From: a virus
Taxonomy: Duplodnaviria > Caudoviricetes
Strand: one strand, 5' to 3'
IMG/VR virus record: IMGVR_UViG_3300008108_000486
Span: 1-56,031 of that record
DNA: 56,031 nt
Shown: positions 1 through 9,471 of the stretch, one piece after another
Layout of the letters: each line of letters opens with the position of its first letter
Position numbering within the stretch: the stretch's first letter is position 1
The notes under the pieces: generated by a model
The model's input: the letters and a program-made list of their open reading frames with translations, nothing else
Told to the model about the DNA's origin: nothing
Database searches by the model: none
Made by a program: the position numbers and the translations under genes

Positions 1-86
1 AGCCGTGCTGGGCTACATTAGGGATCTTGCCTTGAGCGTTAGTATTTGCCATAATGCATTAATTCTACCTTGTAAGGAAGTGGGTA

Positions 87-377
87 TTGGGTAAGAAAAG
101 GAAGACAGCTTCGATTCGTGAGTTTCCTACGAGCTGGACTAAACATAAAACTATGAAGATAAATGGCAGAATTCTTGAGAAAGGTTCTGAGTTTTCAGTT
201 AAAGGTCAAAGAGGAAGGTTTAGATTTATTGCTCATGTTGTGACAGATAAAACTGAATGGATTGACTGTATTGGAGGACAAAAAGGGTATGAAGTATTTA
301 GATCTTTTAACCCTGATCAGGTCCGCCGCGTTCATGTGAAACAGACGATGCGCTCGAGTGCTCGCATAAAAGAATAA
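87..377 (+). CDS. hypothetical phage protein (small basic beta-rich domain)
   Basis: 96-aa ORF with GQRGRFRF..HV....EWIDCIGG..FRSF pattern typical of small actinophage proteins. Confidence 0.7.
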   Translation: MGKKRKTASIREFPTSWTKHKTMKINGRILEKGSEFSVKGQRGRFRFIAHVVTDKTEWIDCIGGQKGYEVFRSFNPDQVRRVHVKQTMRSSARIKE

Positions 378-591
378 ATTTAGCAATGTACTTAGTTACT
401 TGATCAGGTGTCCACTCTGGAGCAAACTCCATTTTTTTAACAGTGTCAGCTAAATCTCTTACCCATGCTTCATGTCCCCAGCCATATTTAGGCTCTAAAT
501 ACTTTGCAAACCTAGTGCTGTCTGCTATTCCCACTGGATTTTCCTTTCTGTATTGATTCAACATAACTTTAGCAAGTCTAGGACTTAACAT
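307..591 (-). CDS. hypothetical protein
   Basis: ORF overlapping the stop region of the upstream minus-strand gene, so operon-like. Confidence 0.55.
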   Translation of the reverse strand: MLSPRLAKVMLNQYRKENPVGIADSTRFAKYLEPKYGWGHEAWVRDLADTVKKMEFAPEWTPDQVTKYIAKFILLCEHSSASSVSHERGGPDQG

Positions 592-1000
592 CTGGATTCT
601 CCAAATCTAGTGTTTGATGTTCGACATCATTATCCTCTGAAAATAGTTTATATGTTTTCCCGCCATTAGTTGAGTAAGCATCAAAGCTGCGAAGACTCTG
701 CCAAACTCCCGGTTTAACTTCTTGCCACTCTTTAGGGTTGTTAGTAAGAGGATAAAGGTTTTCATATTTAAAAAGACGAGAGAGAACTTCAGCCGTATGA
801 GCTGCGCTCTCTGGAGTATGGTTCATTGCAGAAAAAGCCTCTAGCACGGAGATATACCAAATAATGATCTTTGGATCTTCTCCTATGAGATTAAGCTCGC
901 CAATACCATGAGCAGTAATTCCTGAGACCTTCTTTGGTAAAAGTCCTCCGCTAGCCTTTTTAGGGTTAACTTTCTGTTTTTGTTTTCCCGATGTACTCAT
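578..1000 (-). CDS. hypothetical protein
   Basis: 140-aa ORF with PLT.NPKEW...WQS.R..DAYSTNGGKTY motif, co-oriented with its neighbours. Confidence 0.7.
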   Translation of the reverse strand: MSTSGKQKQKVNPKKASGGLLPKKVSGITAHGIGELNLIGEDPKIIIWYISVLEAFSAMNHTPESAAHTAEVLSRLFKYENLYPLTNNPKEWQEVKPGVWQSLRSFDAYSTNGGKTYKLFSEDNDVEHQTLDLENPDVKS

Positions 1001-2051
1001 GCGAGTAACTCCACCTTTCTCTATTTAATTCCCAACGGGTTGCAGTGTTGGCACCATCTGTTCTTCGCATATGGTTTTTGGATGTTGGTTTCCAAAGTTG
1101 AGAGTTATCTCTGTACTCTCCGAGACGAGGGTGCGCTGTCTTTGAGAAGAAACGCTTTCCGTTGTCGATGTAATGTTGAGCGACAGCTTCTGAAAGTTTT
1201 GGACCAAAACCAAGTCCTTGGTAGTCAGGGTGTATGACCAACCTGTGTTCTCTAAAAGCATTTTTGACTGTACCTGATGGGTACGCCATGATTGATTCGA
1301 AACCAACTAATTCTCCTTCCCAGAGAGCCATGTAGCAGTGTGAGGCTTTGTTGAGTGATTCGGAGAGATAGTGATGGTTAGCGAAGATCCTCCATATGGA
1401 AGACTTGGCTGGGAGAACTGTGAGATGTAGTTCTGGTCGTTGAAGATACCTTCCCGAGTTCCACTCACCACGATCAGTATCAATTACCCAATCAGGTTCG
1501 AGAAACTCTAGTACATCTCTATGACAAGTTGCAATAGTGATGTTCTTTATATCGTTCTTGCGAATATATCGAGCCATAGCATTCGATGCTGCCTTAGCAA
1601 CATTTCTATCAACTACAGAAGTAAATTCATCTATAACTGCATTGTTTTCAATACTACGAGCAAGGTTTGCTCTAAACTTTTGGCCATTTGAAAGGCAGTC
1701 AAAAGGTTTGACCCAGTCGGGGACAGACATTAACCCTGCAGCTGAAAGCAGCTCCACAGCTTCGTCAGGAGTAGAAAAGTGAGAAACGATTGCTTTTCTT
1801 GGGTGCCATCCAACTGTTTTTGCTTCACCAAATGATTTTAGTAAAGTTGATTTACCAGTTCCTGATGCTCCAACAATAACTCCAATGTTGTAATTAGTTG
1901 GAAGCTCGATTGGAAGCTCATAAGGGTAGAACTGAGAGGTTCCATCAGTTTTGTAGTCAAATGGACGGATCACTTCCCCAAGCATCTCGTCCATTTGAAC
2001 TACAGACTCAAGAGGTTTCCTTGCCCTCTCGAGAGGCTGCCAATTTAACAT
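966..2051 (-). CDS. ABC-type ATPase fused to GNAT acetyltransferase (putative DNA-modification enzyme)
   Basis: Walker A GASGTGKSTLL, signature LSNGQKFRA, Walker B IDEFTSVVDR; C-terminal HHYL and RLVIHPDYQGLGFG acetyl-CoA motif. Confidence 0.85.
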   Translation of the reverse strand: MLNWQPLERARKPLESVVQMDEMLGEVIRPFDYKTDGTSQFYPYELPIELPTNYNIGVIVGASGTGKSTLLKSFGEAKTVGWHPRKAIVSHFSTPDEAVELLSAAGLMSVPDWVKPFDCLSNGQKFRANLARSIENNAVIDEFTSVVDRNVAKAASNAMARYIRKNDIKNITIATCHRDVLEFLEPDWVIDTDRGEWNSGRYLQRPELHLTVLPAKSSIWRIFANHHYLSESLNKASHCYMALWEGELVGFESIMAYPSGTVKNAFREHRLVIHPDYQGLGFGPKLSEAVAQHYIDNGKRFFSKTAHPRLGEYRDNSQLWKPTSKNHMRRTDGANTATRWELNRERWSYSHEYIGKTKTES

Positions 2052-2163
2052 AAGCCAAAGCTTATGCTAAAAAAGAGAAAAAGTCCAGGCTATTATCGCT
2101 TGGGCGTTTCGCCTGTATTATTGCTGCTCCCGTCCTATACACTTGTGTGAAAGAAGGAGAGCC

Positions 2164-2544
2164 ATGGCACTACATAACCATCTGCTCCTCAATGGGGCTG
2201 CCACAAAGCCTCCAAGAGATGAAGCAGAGACTATTGAATGGATGCGTAAGCTTGTCGAAGATATCGACATGAAGATAATCCAAGGTCCTTATGCGTCATA
2301 TGTGACAAAAGAGGGTAATCGAGGTTTAACTGCAGTAGTAATGATAGAAACCTCTCATATTGCTATGCATGTGTGGGATGAGACAGATCCAGGATTTATC
2401 CAATTTGATCTTTATACCTGTTCAACGCTACCAATTAAGAAAGTTATAGACAATTTAGTTGACACTTTTGGGCTTGTTTCTTATAGATACAAGGTATTAG
2501 AGCGTAGTGAAGGGTTTAAAATAGTAGTCGAGGAGGAAATTTAA
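2164..2544 (+). CDS. speD: S-adenosylmethionine decarboxylase-like proenzyme
   Basis: GLTAVVMIETSHIAMHVW pyruvoyl processing site and QFDLYTC motif; RBS AGAAGGAG before ATG 2164. Confidence 0.85.
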   Translation: MALHNHLLLNGAATKPPRDEAETIEWMRKLVEDIDMKIIQGPYASYVTKEGNRGLTAVVMIETSHIAMHVWDETDPGFIQFDLYTCSTLPIKKVIDNLVDTFGLVSYRYKVLERSEGFKIVVEEEI

Positions 2545-2843
2545 TGGAATGTTTATCAGATTGTGGATGGAAGCATAAGCCTGAAAGCTTAAATCTTCTT
2601 GTAAACCATGTCGAAGCTTGCTCTGTTTGTATCCCTAAAGATGTAAAAGTCATTTGGAAAGACAGTGAATTTTTTATTGTTGAAGAACCTGCAGAAGATG
2701 ACACGGTTATGGATTTAACTTTTAGAAAATTTGAACCTGCTCCAATAGTAGATGCTATAGATGTAAGACAGCCTATTGATAGCTTAGGTTTTGTTGAGAC
2801 TACTCCAGTAGCTGAAGTAGTTGAAGCACCTGTAGAAGAGTAA
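2544..2843 (+). CDS. hypothetical acidic protein
   Basis: TAATG coupling to speD. Confidence 0.6.
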   Translation: MECLSDCGWKHKPESLNLLVNHVEACSVCIPKDVKVIWKDSEFFIVEEPAEDDTVMDLTFRKFEPAPIVDAIDVRQPIDSLGFVETTPVAEVVEAPVEE

Positions 2844-3059
2844 TTACTCGTCTACAAAATCTGAATCGTCAAAAATATCGTAAGCCTTCTCTAAGAGGGC
2901 TTCTTCGTGCTTGACAAAATGATGACGACAGAAGAAAAGCTCTCCAAAAGGAAACTTAACTAAGTAATAAGCTTTTGCGCTGCAAGAATCGCAACGGTCT
3001 TGTGGACCTATAGCTTTTAATGGTTCAAGGGTTGGAGTCATTGGAACCGAAGATTCCAT
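2844..3059 (-). CDS. small zinc-binding protein (actinobacterial DRCD.C...FC.HH family)
   Basis: DRCDSCSAKAY and ELFFCRHH motifs. Confidence 0.75.
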   Translation of the reverse strand: MESSVPMTPTLEPLKAIGPQDRCDSCSAKAYYLVKFPFGELFFCRHHFVKHEEALLEKAYDIFDDSDFVDE

Positions 3060-3270
3060 CGTGTATCTCCTTACATGTTGGACATATAGGGAACTTTTTA
3101 GGATCCCTAGATGGAACCCATACCTTTCCGCATAAAGCTTTTGTCGGAGTTCCTTCTATGTAGGATTTTGTTGCAGCGTCTTTAGAAACATAGTGAGCAA
3201 AACGGTCATGATCTCCGTCTCCTGTACTAAGTCTGGTGTCGAGGTCCAGATCGTAGGCTGTTTCGCTCAT
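3025..3270 (-). CDS. DUF3039 domain protein
   Basis: GDHDRFAHYV, ALCGKVWVPSRDP, PICPTCKEI; characteristic actinobacterial family. Confidence 0.9.
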   Translation of the reverse strand: MSETAYDLDLDTRLSTGDGDHDRFAHYVSKDAATKSYIEGTPTKALCGKVWVPSRDPKKFPICPTCKEIHDGIFGSNDSNP

Positions 3271-3279
3271 GTATAGATT

Positions 3280-4131
3280 TTAAACCTTTACTGGGTGTAG
3301 TGATTTAAGAACTATTTCTTTTGGAAGAGAAGCTATGTGACAAGAGACATCTTTAGAACCATAGCTAATTAAAAAGTTTTTACCTTGTTCACATAATCCA
3401 GCAGCAAACTCGACACCCATTTTCTCGAAAATAAAGCCTTTAGATATTTTTTGTATCATTCCTTTTTGGTCATACTGTGCAAAATAGTGAACATAAAAAC
3501 GCAAGTTATGATTCATAATTGTCCTATTCCACATGCGATGTACAACTGCTAAATATGTTCCATCTTTTAAAAGGTGAAGATTAGAACTGCCCCGAAGTCC
3601 AGCAATATCGTCACTGTCGCTCATGTAAGTTGTAAGAACATTATCTTTTATAACAGAGTTGGTTCCATAGATAAAGTCAAAGTTTGGATTCTTTTCATAT
3701 GGAAGCATCCAGTTTTTCTCTGGTCTAACTCCATCTATTCCAGAAAATTTTTCAAAGGATTCGATAGCAGTCAAGTCCTTATTAAGACGACAGATAGATA
3801 CACGAGCTTTTTCTGTATGACCCTTTGTAGATATCTTTTTAACATCTAATAAACGAGCGTTAGTTAATTTATAAGTTTTAGGGTCAAGCTCAGAAATGTA
3901 AATCTTACTTCTAATAGTTCCTTCAACAACTACTTTATATTCTCCTTGATCAGTGATAATGTAGTTTCCAGAACGAAACATTCCTACATATCCAGTAGAT
4001 GAGTGATATCCAATAGAAAGATTTGTTGCAGACCACTCTCTTATATCTGGGTCAGCTAATCTTCTAACATTGTGGATTTCCCCACCTAACTGTATTACTG
4101 ACGGATAAGTTCTTTCAAGTTTAGTCGACAT
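3280..4131 (-). CDS. beta-propeller glycoside-hydrolase-like protein (internal segment apparently missing)
   Basis: N.SI, EKNWM, LRGSS, Y.HYF and VEFAAGL..SYG..D motifs; the usual EDPRL segment is absent near 3830. Confidence 0.65.
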   Translation of the reverse strand: MSTKLERTYPSVIQLGGEIHNVRRLADPDIREWSATNLSIGYHSSTGYVGMFRSGNYIITDQGEYKVVVEGTIRSKIYISELDPKTYKLTNARLLDVKKISTKGHTEKARVSICRLNKDLTAIESFEKFSGIDGVRPEKNWMLPYEKNPNFDFIYGTNSVIKDNVLTTYMSDSDDIAGLRGSSNLHLLKDGTYLAVVHRMWNRTIMNHNLRFYVHYFAQYDQKGMIQKISKGFIFEKMGVEFAAGLCEQGKNFLISYGSKDVSCHIASLPKEIVLKSLHPVKV

Positions 4132-4909
4132 AAATTTCCTTTGGATATCTATCTATGACGCCTCTTGTTTTTTGTAGAACACCAAATATATTGTCTCCAA
4201 CATGTTCCATCTTATATCCAAGCATTTGCATTTGAAGAGGAATGGAGATAATTCCATCTTCAAAAGAATCTTCAGTCCAAAACTTTCCTTCAAATCCAGC
4301 TGAGCGCATTACAGATTTTAAAGTTGGAAGACTATATTCATAGTTGTGTCTATATAGAGACCTGTCGTGTCGATACTGCATATAAAAATATGGCTCATAG
4401 CCGTTTAATATTTTATGAATATTTCTTGAGCTGGTTGAATTTGGAGTTGTAAGAATTAGTTTTCCACCCTGTTTAGTTATTCTATTAATCTCCGATAACA
4501 TAAACATTGGATCGACTTCCATATGCTCTAATACTTCGCAAAGGAGAACTACATCAAAAGTTTCATCTGGAACTGGAATTGTGCTCTCTTCTATATTTAC
4601 CCTATAAACATCGACTTCAACTGTTTTATTGTTGAGAGAGCATTCCATTTTTCCTGAGTATGGTTTAGAAAGATCGAAGTCAGTAACAGAGACTTCTACA
4701 TCTAGTTCAAGCTCTTTTATAGCTAATGGAATTAAATGGGATGTGCCAACTTCTAAAAGCTTTCCAGTTGGATTACTTTCTGCAAAAGTCTGCAATGTTC
4801 TAGCCATTCTTCTAGCATGAACTCTGTGATACTCGTCTGAAGCAGATAATAAAGATTTAACTACAGAAGCGTATTTTTCTGGAATATCTTTGTAAGGTTC
4901 TTTAATCAT
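4121..4909 (-). CDS. class I SAM-dependent methyltransferase
   Basis: LLEVG motif I, FDVVLLCEVLEH, GGKLILTTPN, H..EY. Confidence 0.85.
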   Translation of the reverse strand: MIKEPYKDIPEKYASVVKSLLSASDEYHRVHARRMARTLQTFAESNPTGKLLEVGTSHLIPLAIKELELDVEVSVTDFDLSKPYSGKMECSLNNKTVEVDVYRVNIEESTIPVPDETFDVVLLCEVLEHMEVDPMFMLSEINRITKQGGKLILTTPNSTSSRNIHKILNGYEPYFYMQYRHDRSLYRHNYEYSLPTLKSVMRSAGFEGKFWTEDSFEDGIISIPLQMQMLGYKMEHVGDNIFGVLQKTRGVIDRYPKEIYVD

Positions 4910-4914
4910 GTATG

Positions 4915-4987
4915 TACCCCGTATCGGATTCGAACCGACGATCTCTTCCGTGAGAGGGAAGCGTCATAACCGCTAGACCAACGGGGC
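4915..4987 (-). tRNA. tRNA-Glu (CTC)
   Basis: Cloverleaf: GCCCCGT/ACGGGGT acceptor stem, CTTCC-CT CTC AC-GGAAG anticodon arm, GGTTCGAATCC T arm. Confidence 0.95.
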
Positions 4988-5212
4988 TCACTTGTTTTCT
5001 TCCTCGTCGTCAATAATCATTTCATAGTAAGTTGCGTAAGGCTCTCCCAACCCTATCAATTTGCTACCAAGCCATGTAAGAAAGTTTCCATAGAAAACTA
5101 AAAAACGATTTGAAGATCCATCTCTTTCAATCCATAAAACATTTGAGTCATCTACACGAGCACTTTTAAATACATCTTCACGCTTCTTTTTCATATGTAA
5201 CCATCCTTTCAA
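4988..5212 (-). CDS. hypothetical protein
   Basis: ORF between the deaminase and tRNA-Glu; start uncertain. Confidence 0.55.
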   Translation of the reverse strand: MKGWLHMKKKREDVFKSARVDDSNVLWIERDGSSNRFLVFYGNFLTWLGSKLIGLGEPYATYYEMIIDDEEENK

Positions 5213-5458
5213 TTCCTGCCGAGGCTATCAGCTTTGCACAGCCGGGACAAGGATCTCCAGTAATGTAAATTGTTGAGCCTTTAAGCTCTTCCCAAGAAGC
5301 TCTTATTATTGCATTAGCCTCTGAATGAGTTGCCCAGCAAAGGTCGTAGTCACCTTTAGAATGTTCTGAGTTTGGGTCTAATGCACGAGGACACTTACCT
5401 GTTGCTCCACAAGACCGATCATCTCCGGGTGGAGTTCCGTTGTATCTTTTTCTGACAT
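5178..5458 (-). CDS. dCMP deaminase (N-terminal segment missing in this sequence)
   Basis: YNGTP, HSEANAI and PCPGCAK zinc motifs; likely true start ATG TCA GAA AAA at 5458 is out of frame and the usual N-terminal helix and strands are absent. Confidence 0.8.
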
Positions 5459-5617
5459 GAAGATACCCTATCTTAAAAGGAGCTCGGTTTATCTTTTCAC
5501 CACACCGTAAGGTCTTGATACAGATGCGCTCCAACATCTTGCAGTCGTCTAGCTAGGGCCGATCTGCATAGCGTACTTCTGCCAACTAAGGACAGGTGTA
5601 GAGGCTAGTCCATCCCG

Positions 5618-5688
5618 CACGGGCTGTAGGAATCGAACCCACACCAAGAGGTTTGGAAGCTCTTGTGCTACCACTACACCAAGCCCGA
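5618..5688 (-). tRNA. tRNA-Trp (CCA)
   Basis: CGGGCT/AGCCCG acceptor stem with G73, AGAG..TT CCA AA..CTCT anticodon arm (one mismatch), GGTTCGATTCC T arm. Confidence 0.8.
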
Positions 5689-5778
5689 ATGTAACAATAA
5701 TATTTTAAACTAAAGAAGCAGGGACAATATTTCATGCCCCTGCTTCCACCAAAGGTAGCGAGCCTAGGTGTTTATATT

Positions 5779-6105
5779 TTACTTGCTTTTCTTCTTGGCT
5801 ACTGCTTTCTTTTTTGCTGGAGCCTTTTTCGCCTTTGGTTTAACCTTAGCTTTTGGTTTAGCTTTAGCAGCCTTTGGTTTAGCTTTGGCTGAAGTTGTTT
5901 TCTTTTTTGCTGCTGCCTTTTTTACTGGCTTAGCAACTTTTCTTTCGAAGGGAGTTCCTTCAAGAATTACGCCGTCTCCATCACGATCAATCGCTCTTTT
6001 GACAAGCTTTTCGATTTCTTTGTTTTGTTGATCTTCTTTAATTGCGTAGTAAGCAATCGCAACTGCAATCACTCCGACAACTAGAATCACTAGGTATGCG
6101 TCCAT
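5779..6105 (-). CDS. membrane-anchored Lys/Ala-rich (histone H1-like tail) protein
   Basis: N-terminal hydrophobic helix, DRDGDG motif, KKAPAKKK-type tail. Confidence 0.75.
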   Translation of the reverse strand: MDAYLVILVVGVIAVAIAYYAIKEDQQNKEIEKLVKRAIDRDGDGVILEGTPFERKVAKPVKKAAAKKKTTSAKAKPKAAKAKPKAKVKPKAKKAPAKKKAVAKKKSK

Positions 6106-6130
6106 TTATTTTCCTATCTCGAGATATGAA

Positions 6131-6310
6131 CTAGGTAATCCTACCCTTACCAGCCCAGCCGCTACCCTTAAATACGATAGGTGTCGACCCAAAAACTTTA
6201 CGCATTTCTGATCCACACTCGCAGGGTGCCTTCTGAGGAGCCTTTCCAAACTCAAAACGCTTATCCTCTACTAGGCTGCATGAGTCACATTTATACTCAT
6301 AGGTGATCAA
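6131..6310 (-). CDS. FmdB-family zinc-ribbon protein (not in the ORF track)
   Basis: Manual translation from TTG: MITYEYKCDSC...CECGSEMRKVFGSTPIVFKGSGW. Confidence 0.85.
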   Translation of the reverse strand: MITYEYKCDSCSLVEDKRFEFGKAPQKAPCECGSEMRKVFGSTPIVFKGSGWAGKGRIT

Positions 6311-6614
6311 ATCGGACTCCTCTCTTTCGGAGAATTATACGACGCTGCTCTTCAGTCATTCCTCCCCATACGCCGTACATCTCTGGAACCTTGAGAGCGT
6401 GTTCTAAACACTGAGCCTTTACTGGACAAGTATTACAAAGAGCAACGGCTTTCAATTCTTTTTTCTTTTTTGAAACACCGCGCTCATTGTATTCTAGAAA
6501 GAAAGACTCTGGGTCCACACTTCTACATGCTCCATCAAACTGCCACTCCCAAAGGTCGTAGACAGGGTCTAGTCTTCGATTTACATCGAATCTTGGATTT
6601 TGATAGTTAGACAT
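6297..6614 (-). CDS. whiB: WhiB-family Fe-S transcription factor
   Basis: Four Cys (GAC, C..CPV...C), YGVWGGMTEEQR turn. Confidence 0.95.
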   Translation of the reverse strand: MSNYQNPRFDVNRRLDPVYDLWEWQFDGACRSVDPESFFLEYNERGVSKKKKELKAVALCNTCPVKAQCLEHALKVPEMYGVWGGMTEEQRRIILRKRGVRFDHL

Positions 6615-8652
6615 TATTGGCAATTAGCTTTATCTCGCAAGCATCTGTTGTGCAATAAGCCTCGCCGATAGCATCTGCTGCTAAGCCATCATAAATACCA
6701 GAGAAGTCAATTGGGAACAACTTCATAGTTGCATCCTCATATTCTTCTTTAGTCATTTGGGTATATGGCATTTGTGGATAAGTAAAGTTGCCCATAGGTA
6801 GGAATGAAACAGTCTTTAGCTGGCCGTCATACATATGTAGAACAGTTCCTACTGAATCTGCTTCCTTCTCTGAGTCAAAAGAGATTGTTACTGAAACTGA
6901 GTTGTCAGACCAATAACGCTGTGCAGTTGCAGCAATGCTCATCTTTTCAAAGATGGTTACATCTTTCTCTGAACGCTTTGCCTTTGACTTGATTGGGAAA
7001 AAGACAACTGAAGTTGTGTCTGGAGATTCTGATGCTTGCTCTACACGATAATTAGCCATCTTGAAAAGCTGAAGCATTGGATCTGTGTTAGCAAAACGAA
7101 TAGCACGAAGGAAGTACTCTCCGCCTGGTGTCCAGTGAACTCCTGGTGATTCACCTGCAAGAATAGAAACGGTTCCAGATGGCTTAACGGTTGTGGTCTT
7201 GATTGACTCACGAATACCTAGCCACTCTGAATAAACTGTGTCGTAGTTCTTAACTACTGCATAACCTTCATCCATCCAGTCTCTGAGAACTGGTAAACCT
7301 ACAATATCTGCAAAGTTTGCAACGCCTGAGATAGAAGTTCCAATACGACGATTTCTTTGCATAATCGCGTTTGTTTCCTCCCAGTGGGTTGGAAGAAGTG
7401 TTACAGTCTTTGCATAAAGATATGCGAACTTAAGAGTGCGCTTGAAATCTTCTAGCGACTCGTGACGATTGAGATAAGTCTCAACAAGTGTGCACATCTC
7501 ATAAGACTCGAGGGACTGTTCAGCGCATGGGTTATAGCCAGCTACGCGATGATCTTTGTTATTTGGAGGATCGATTAAGCGACCATACTTGCGTGATAGG
7601 TCTAGCCAAATTACGCCGGGCTCTCCATTACGAGCAATACCTTCGACGATTGGGGAAAGATCCTGACCAACTTCTACTGCAACTGAATTGTTTGACATCC
7701 AACCCCAGCCGGGTGCAGATGCATCGTAGGAATTTCTTTCAGGAAATTTTTCTGCATTCTTCAGATTTAAAAAGTTCTCATCGTCTACTCGACCAATAAG
7801 AAGTTCAGCACTACGACGAACATTGCCAGAAACAACGCAAACGCCAATAAGGTTCCCGATATCAGCGATATCAACACGAGTAAGTTTTTCATTTTCTCTT
7901 CCATCAAATATTTTTCTAATGTAGTCGTGCAATTTTATTAACGGATCTGGTCCTGCAGCTGTTCCACCAAAAATTTTAATAGGTGCACCTGCTGGACGAA
8001 TTAGTGAGTAATCAAAATCTAGTTCTGCTTGTTCTGGTTTTAAATATGAATCAATAAGTGCTGAAGTTGAATCAACCCAACCTTCACGAGAATCTTCAAT
8101 AACAATTGTTTTTGGATTATTCGATACTGGCTTATAAATTGTAAAATCTTTATCTGCACCTTGATCATCAAAACCAACACCAACACCAAGCATTGATGCT
8201 TCCATAAGAAATGCAAATGGACGAGAAGGATCCATCTTTGTCATTTCTTTTGTGGAAACAAATGCACAGTTTTGTAGTGCTGCAGAGTTCTTCTGCTCGT
8301 TAACTAGTGGAGTTCCCATAACCCAAAGTCCGCGACCTGGTGGAGTCCACTTCAACTCAAAAAGACGCTGAAATGCTTCTTTTGCAGATGCTTGACCGCG
8401 AGCATCATTCCAAGGTAAACGGTTAGTTTTGCAGTGATCTTTTTGAATTGAGTACATGCCATTGATGACGCGCTCGCAAACATCAACCCAAGTCTCTTTA
8501 GTTCCATCTTCTTTCTTACGAGAGTAAGTGCGAAGGAAGGTTATCTCTCCTACTGAGTTACCTGCTGCATCTCTATAGCCGAAAGGAGCTTGTTTAGTGC
8601 GAAAGGAAGAAACAAAATCCTCAGAAAGCTTGAATGAAAATGCAACAGACAT
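6607..8652 (-). CDS. nrdJ: class II (adenosylcobalamin-dependent) ribonucleotide reductase, monomeric RTPR type
   Basis: RTYSR, PPGRGLW, LQNC, GNVRRSA, NPCAEQ, TVKPSGTVS and C-terminal CTTDAC. Confidence 0.95.
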   Translation of the reverse strand: MSVAFSFKLSEDFVSSFRTKQAPFGYRDAAGNSVGEITFLRTYSRKKEDGTKETWVDVCERVINGMYSIQKDHCKTNRLPWNDARGQASAKEAFQRLFELKWTPPGRGLWVMGTPLVNEQKNSAALQNCAFVSTKEMTKMDPSRPFAFLMEASMLGVGVGFDDQGADKDFTIYKPVSNNPKTIVIEDSREGWVDSTSALIDSYLKPEQAELDFDYSLIRPAGAPIKIFGGTAAGPDPLIKLHDYIRKIFDGRENEKLTRVDIADIGNLIGVCVVSGNVRRSAELLIGRVDDENFLNLKNAEKFPERNSYDASAPGWGWMSNNSVAVEVGQDLSPIVEGIARNGEPGVIWLDLSRKYGRLIDPPNNKDHRVAGYNPCAEQSLESYEMCTLVETYLNRHESLEDFKRTLKFAYLYAKTVTLLPTHWEETNAIMQRNRRIGTSISGVANFADIVGLPVLRDWMDEGYAVVKNYDTVYSEWLGIRESIKTTTVKPSGTVSILAGESPGVHWTPGGEYFLRAIRFANTDPMLQLFKMANYRVEQASESPDTTSVVFFPIKSKAKRSEKDVTIFEKMSIAATAQRYWSDNSVSVTISFDSEKEADSVGTVLHMYDGQLKTVSFLPMGNFTYPQMPYTQMTKEEYEDATMKLFPIDFSGIYDGLAADAIGEAYCTTDACEIKLIANNV

Positions 8653-8721
8653 AGTAATACTCCTCGTGAATAAAATGCGATTAATGTACTAGGAATACCC
8701 TAGGAGACAATTCTACTAGAG

Positions 8722-8949
8722 TTAGAACAACACGCTTTCTGCGTCTGGTCCGTTTTCCTGTGGCTCTAACCTTAGTACCTTCGCCTGGGCACATTCAAGT
8801 CCTGCTATAAAGTGATTTGAAATCCCCTGAAGCTTAGAAGCCTCAACTACAACTTTAAGTTCATCATAAATCTTATGTCGTACTTCGTACTCTATTTGTG
8901 AACGAATAGTGTCGTAATTACTCCAACGGACTGCTGTATCGTCGCACAT
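8722..8949 (-). CDS. hypothetical protein
   Basis: RBS AGGAGAG upstream; operon context. Confidence 0.65.
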   Translation of the reverse strand: MCDDTAVRWSNYDTIRSQIEYEVRHKIYDELKVVVEASKLQGISNHFIAGLECAQAKVLRLEPQENGPDAESVLF

Positions 8950-8958
8950 ATAGCTCTC

Positions 8959-9222
8959 CTAAATTAAATCAGATGTTGGGTGAAGTTCGTCTTTATTTGA
9001 AAAAAGTTTCTTCTTGACTTTCTTCTTTACCTCTGCTAGTTCTTGTTCTTCTCTTTTAGATTTACAAGTGTGAGTAAATCTATGTGGGTTGCAAGTGTGA
9101 ATAATTATTAAAATATCATCTTGATCACATTCGCCACAAGAAATTTTTTGAAGCATATATCCTTGAAGAACTAAGTCTTTAACTGTTTCTAGTAAACGGT
9201 CTTTGTTCTCTTCTTCAATCAT
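8959..9222 (-). CDS. hypothetical Cys/His-containing protein
   Basis: Overlaps the upstream gene stop; CxxC. Confidence 0.6.
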   Translation of the reverse strand: MIEEENKDRLLETVKDLVLQGYMLQKISCGECDQDDILIIIHTCNPHRFTHTCKSKREEQELAEVKKKVKKKLFSNKDELHPTSDLI

Positions 9223-9439
9223 CCCAAGTACCTACCGATTCCTCGCCAGTTATGAGCATTCCTTTTGGAAAAGACAAGGCCCAACCTGCTAGACACTCTG
9301 TTGAATGAAAATATCGTACCTTGTCGATTGCTCTAGGCCAATGGAGGGTCAGGGCTCTTGCTGGAGTTAAGGTCATATGACTTGGGCACTCATCCCAAGA
9401 ACATTTGACTTCAACAGGTACAGAAGAGAATGTCGACAT
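9215..9439 (-). CDS. hypothetical zinc-finger-like protein
   Basis: CSWDEC and FHSTECL motifs; TAAGAT 6 nt before the ATG. Confidence 0.65.
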   Translation of the reverse strand: MSTFSSVPVEVKCSWDECPSHMTLTPARALTLHWPRAIDKVRYFHSTECLAGWALSFPKGMLITGEESVGTWDD

Positions 9440-9471
9440 GTTCTTATCTTATGCTTATTGTGTATGCTTGA

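Noticed and set aside
5459-5537. Listed N-terminus of the dCMP deaminase (MLERICIK...)
   Set aside because: Does not resemble the family N-terminus; probably a chance open frame upstream of a deletion junction
5618-5688. tRNA-Gly (TCC) reading
   Set aside because: The anticodon stem pairs only with CCA centred in the loop, and G73 fits Trp
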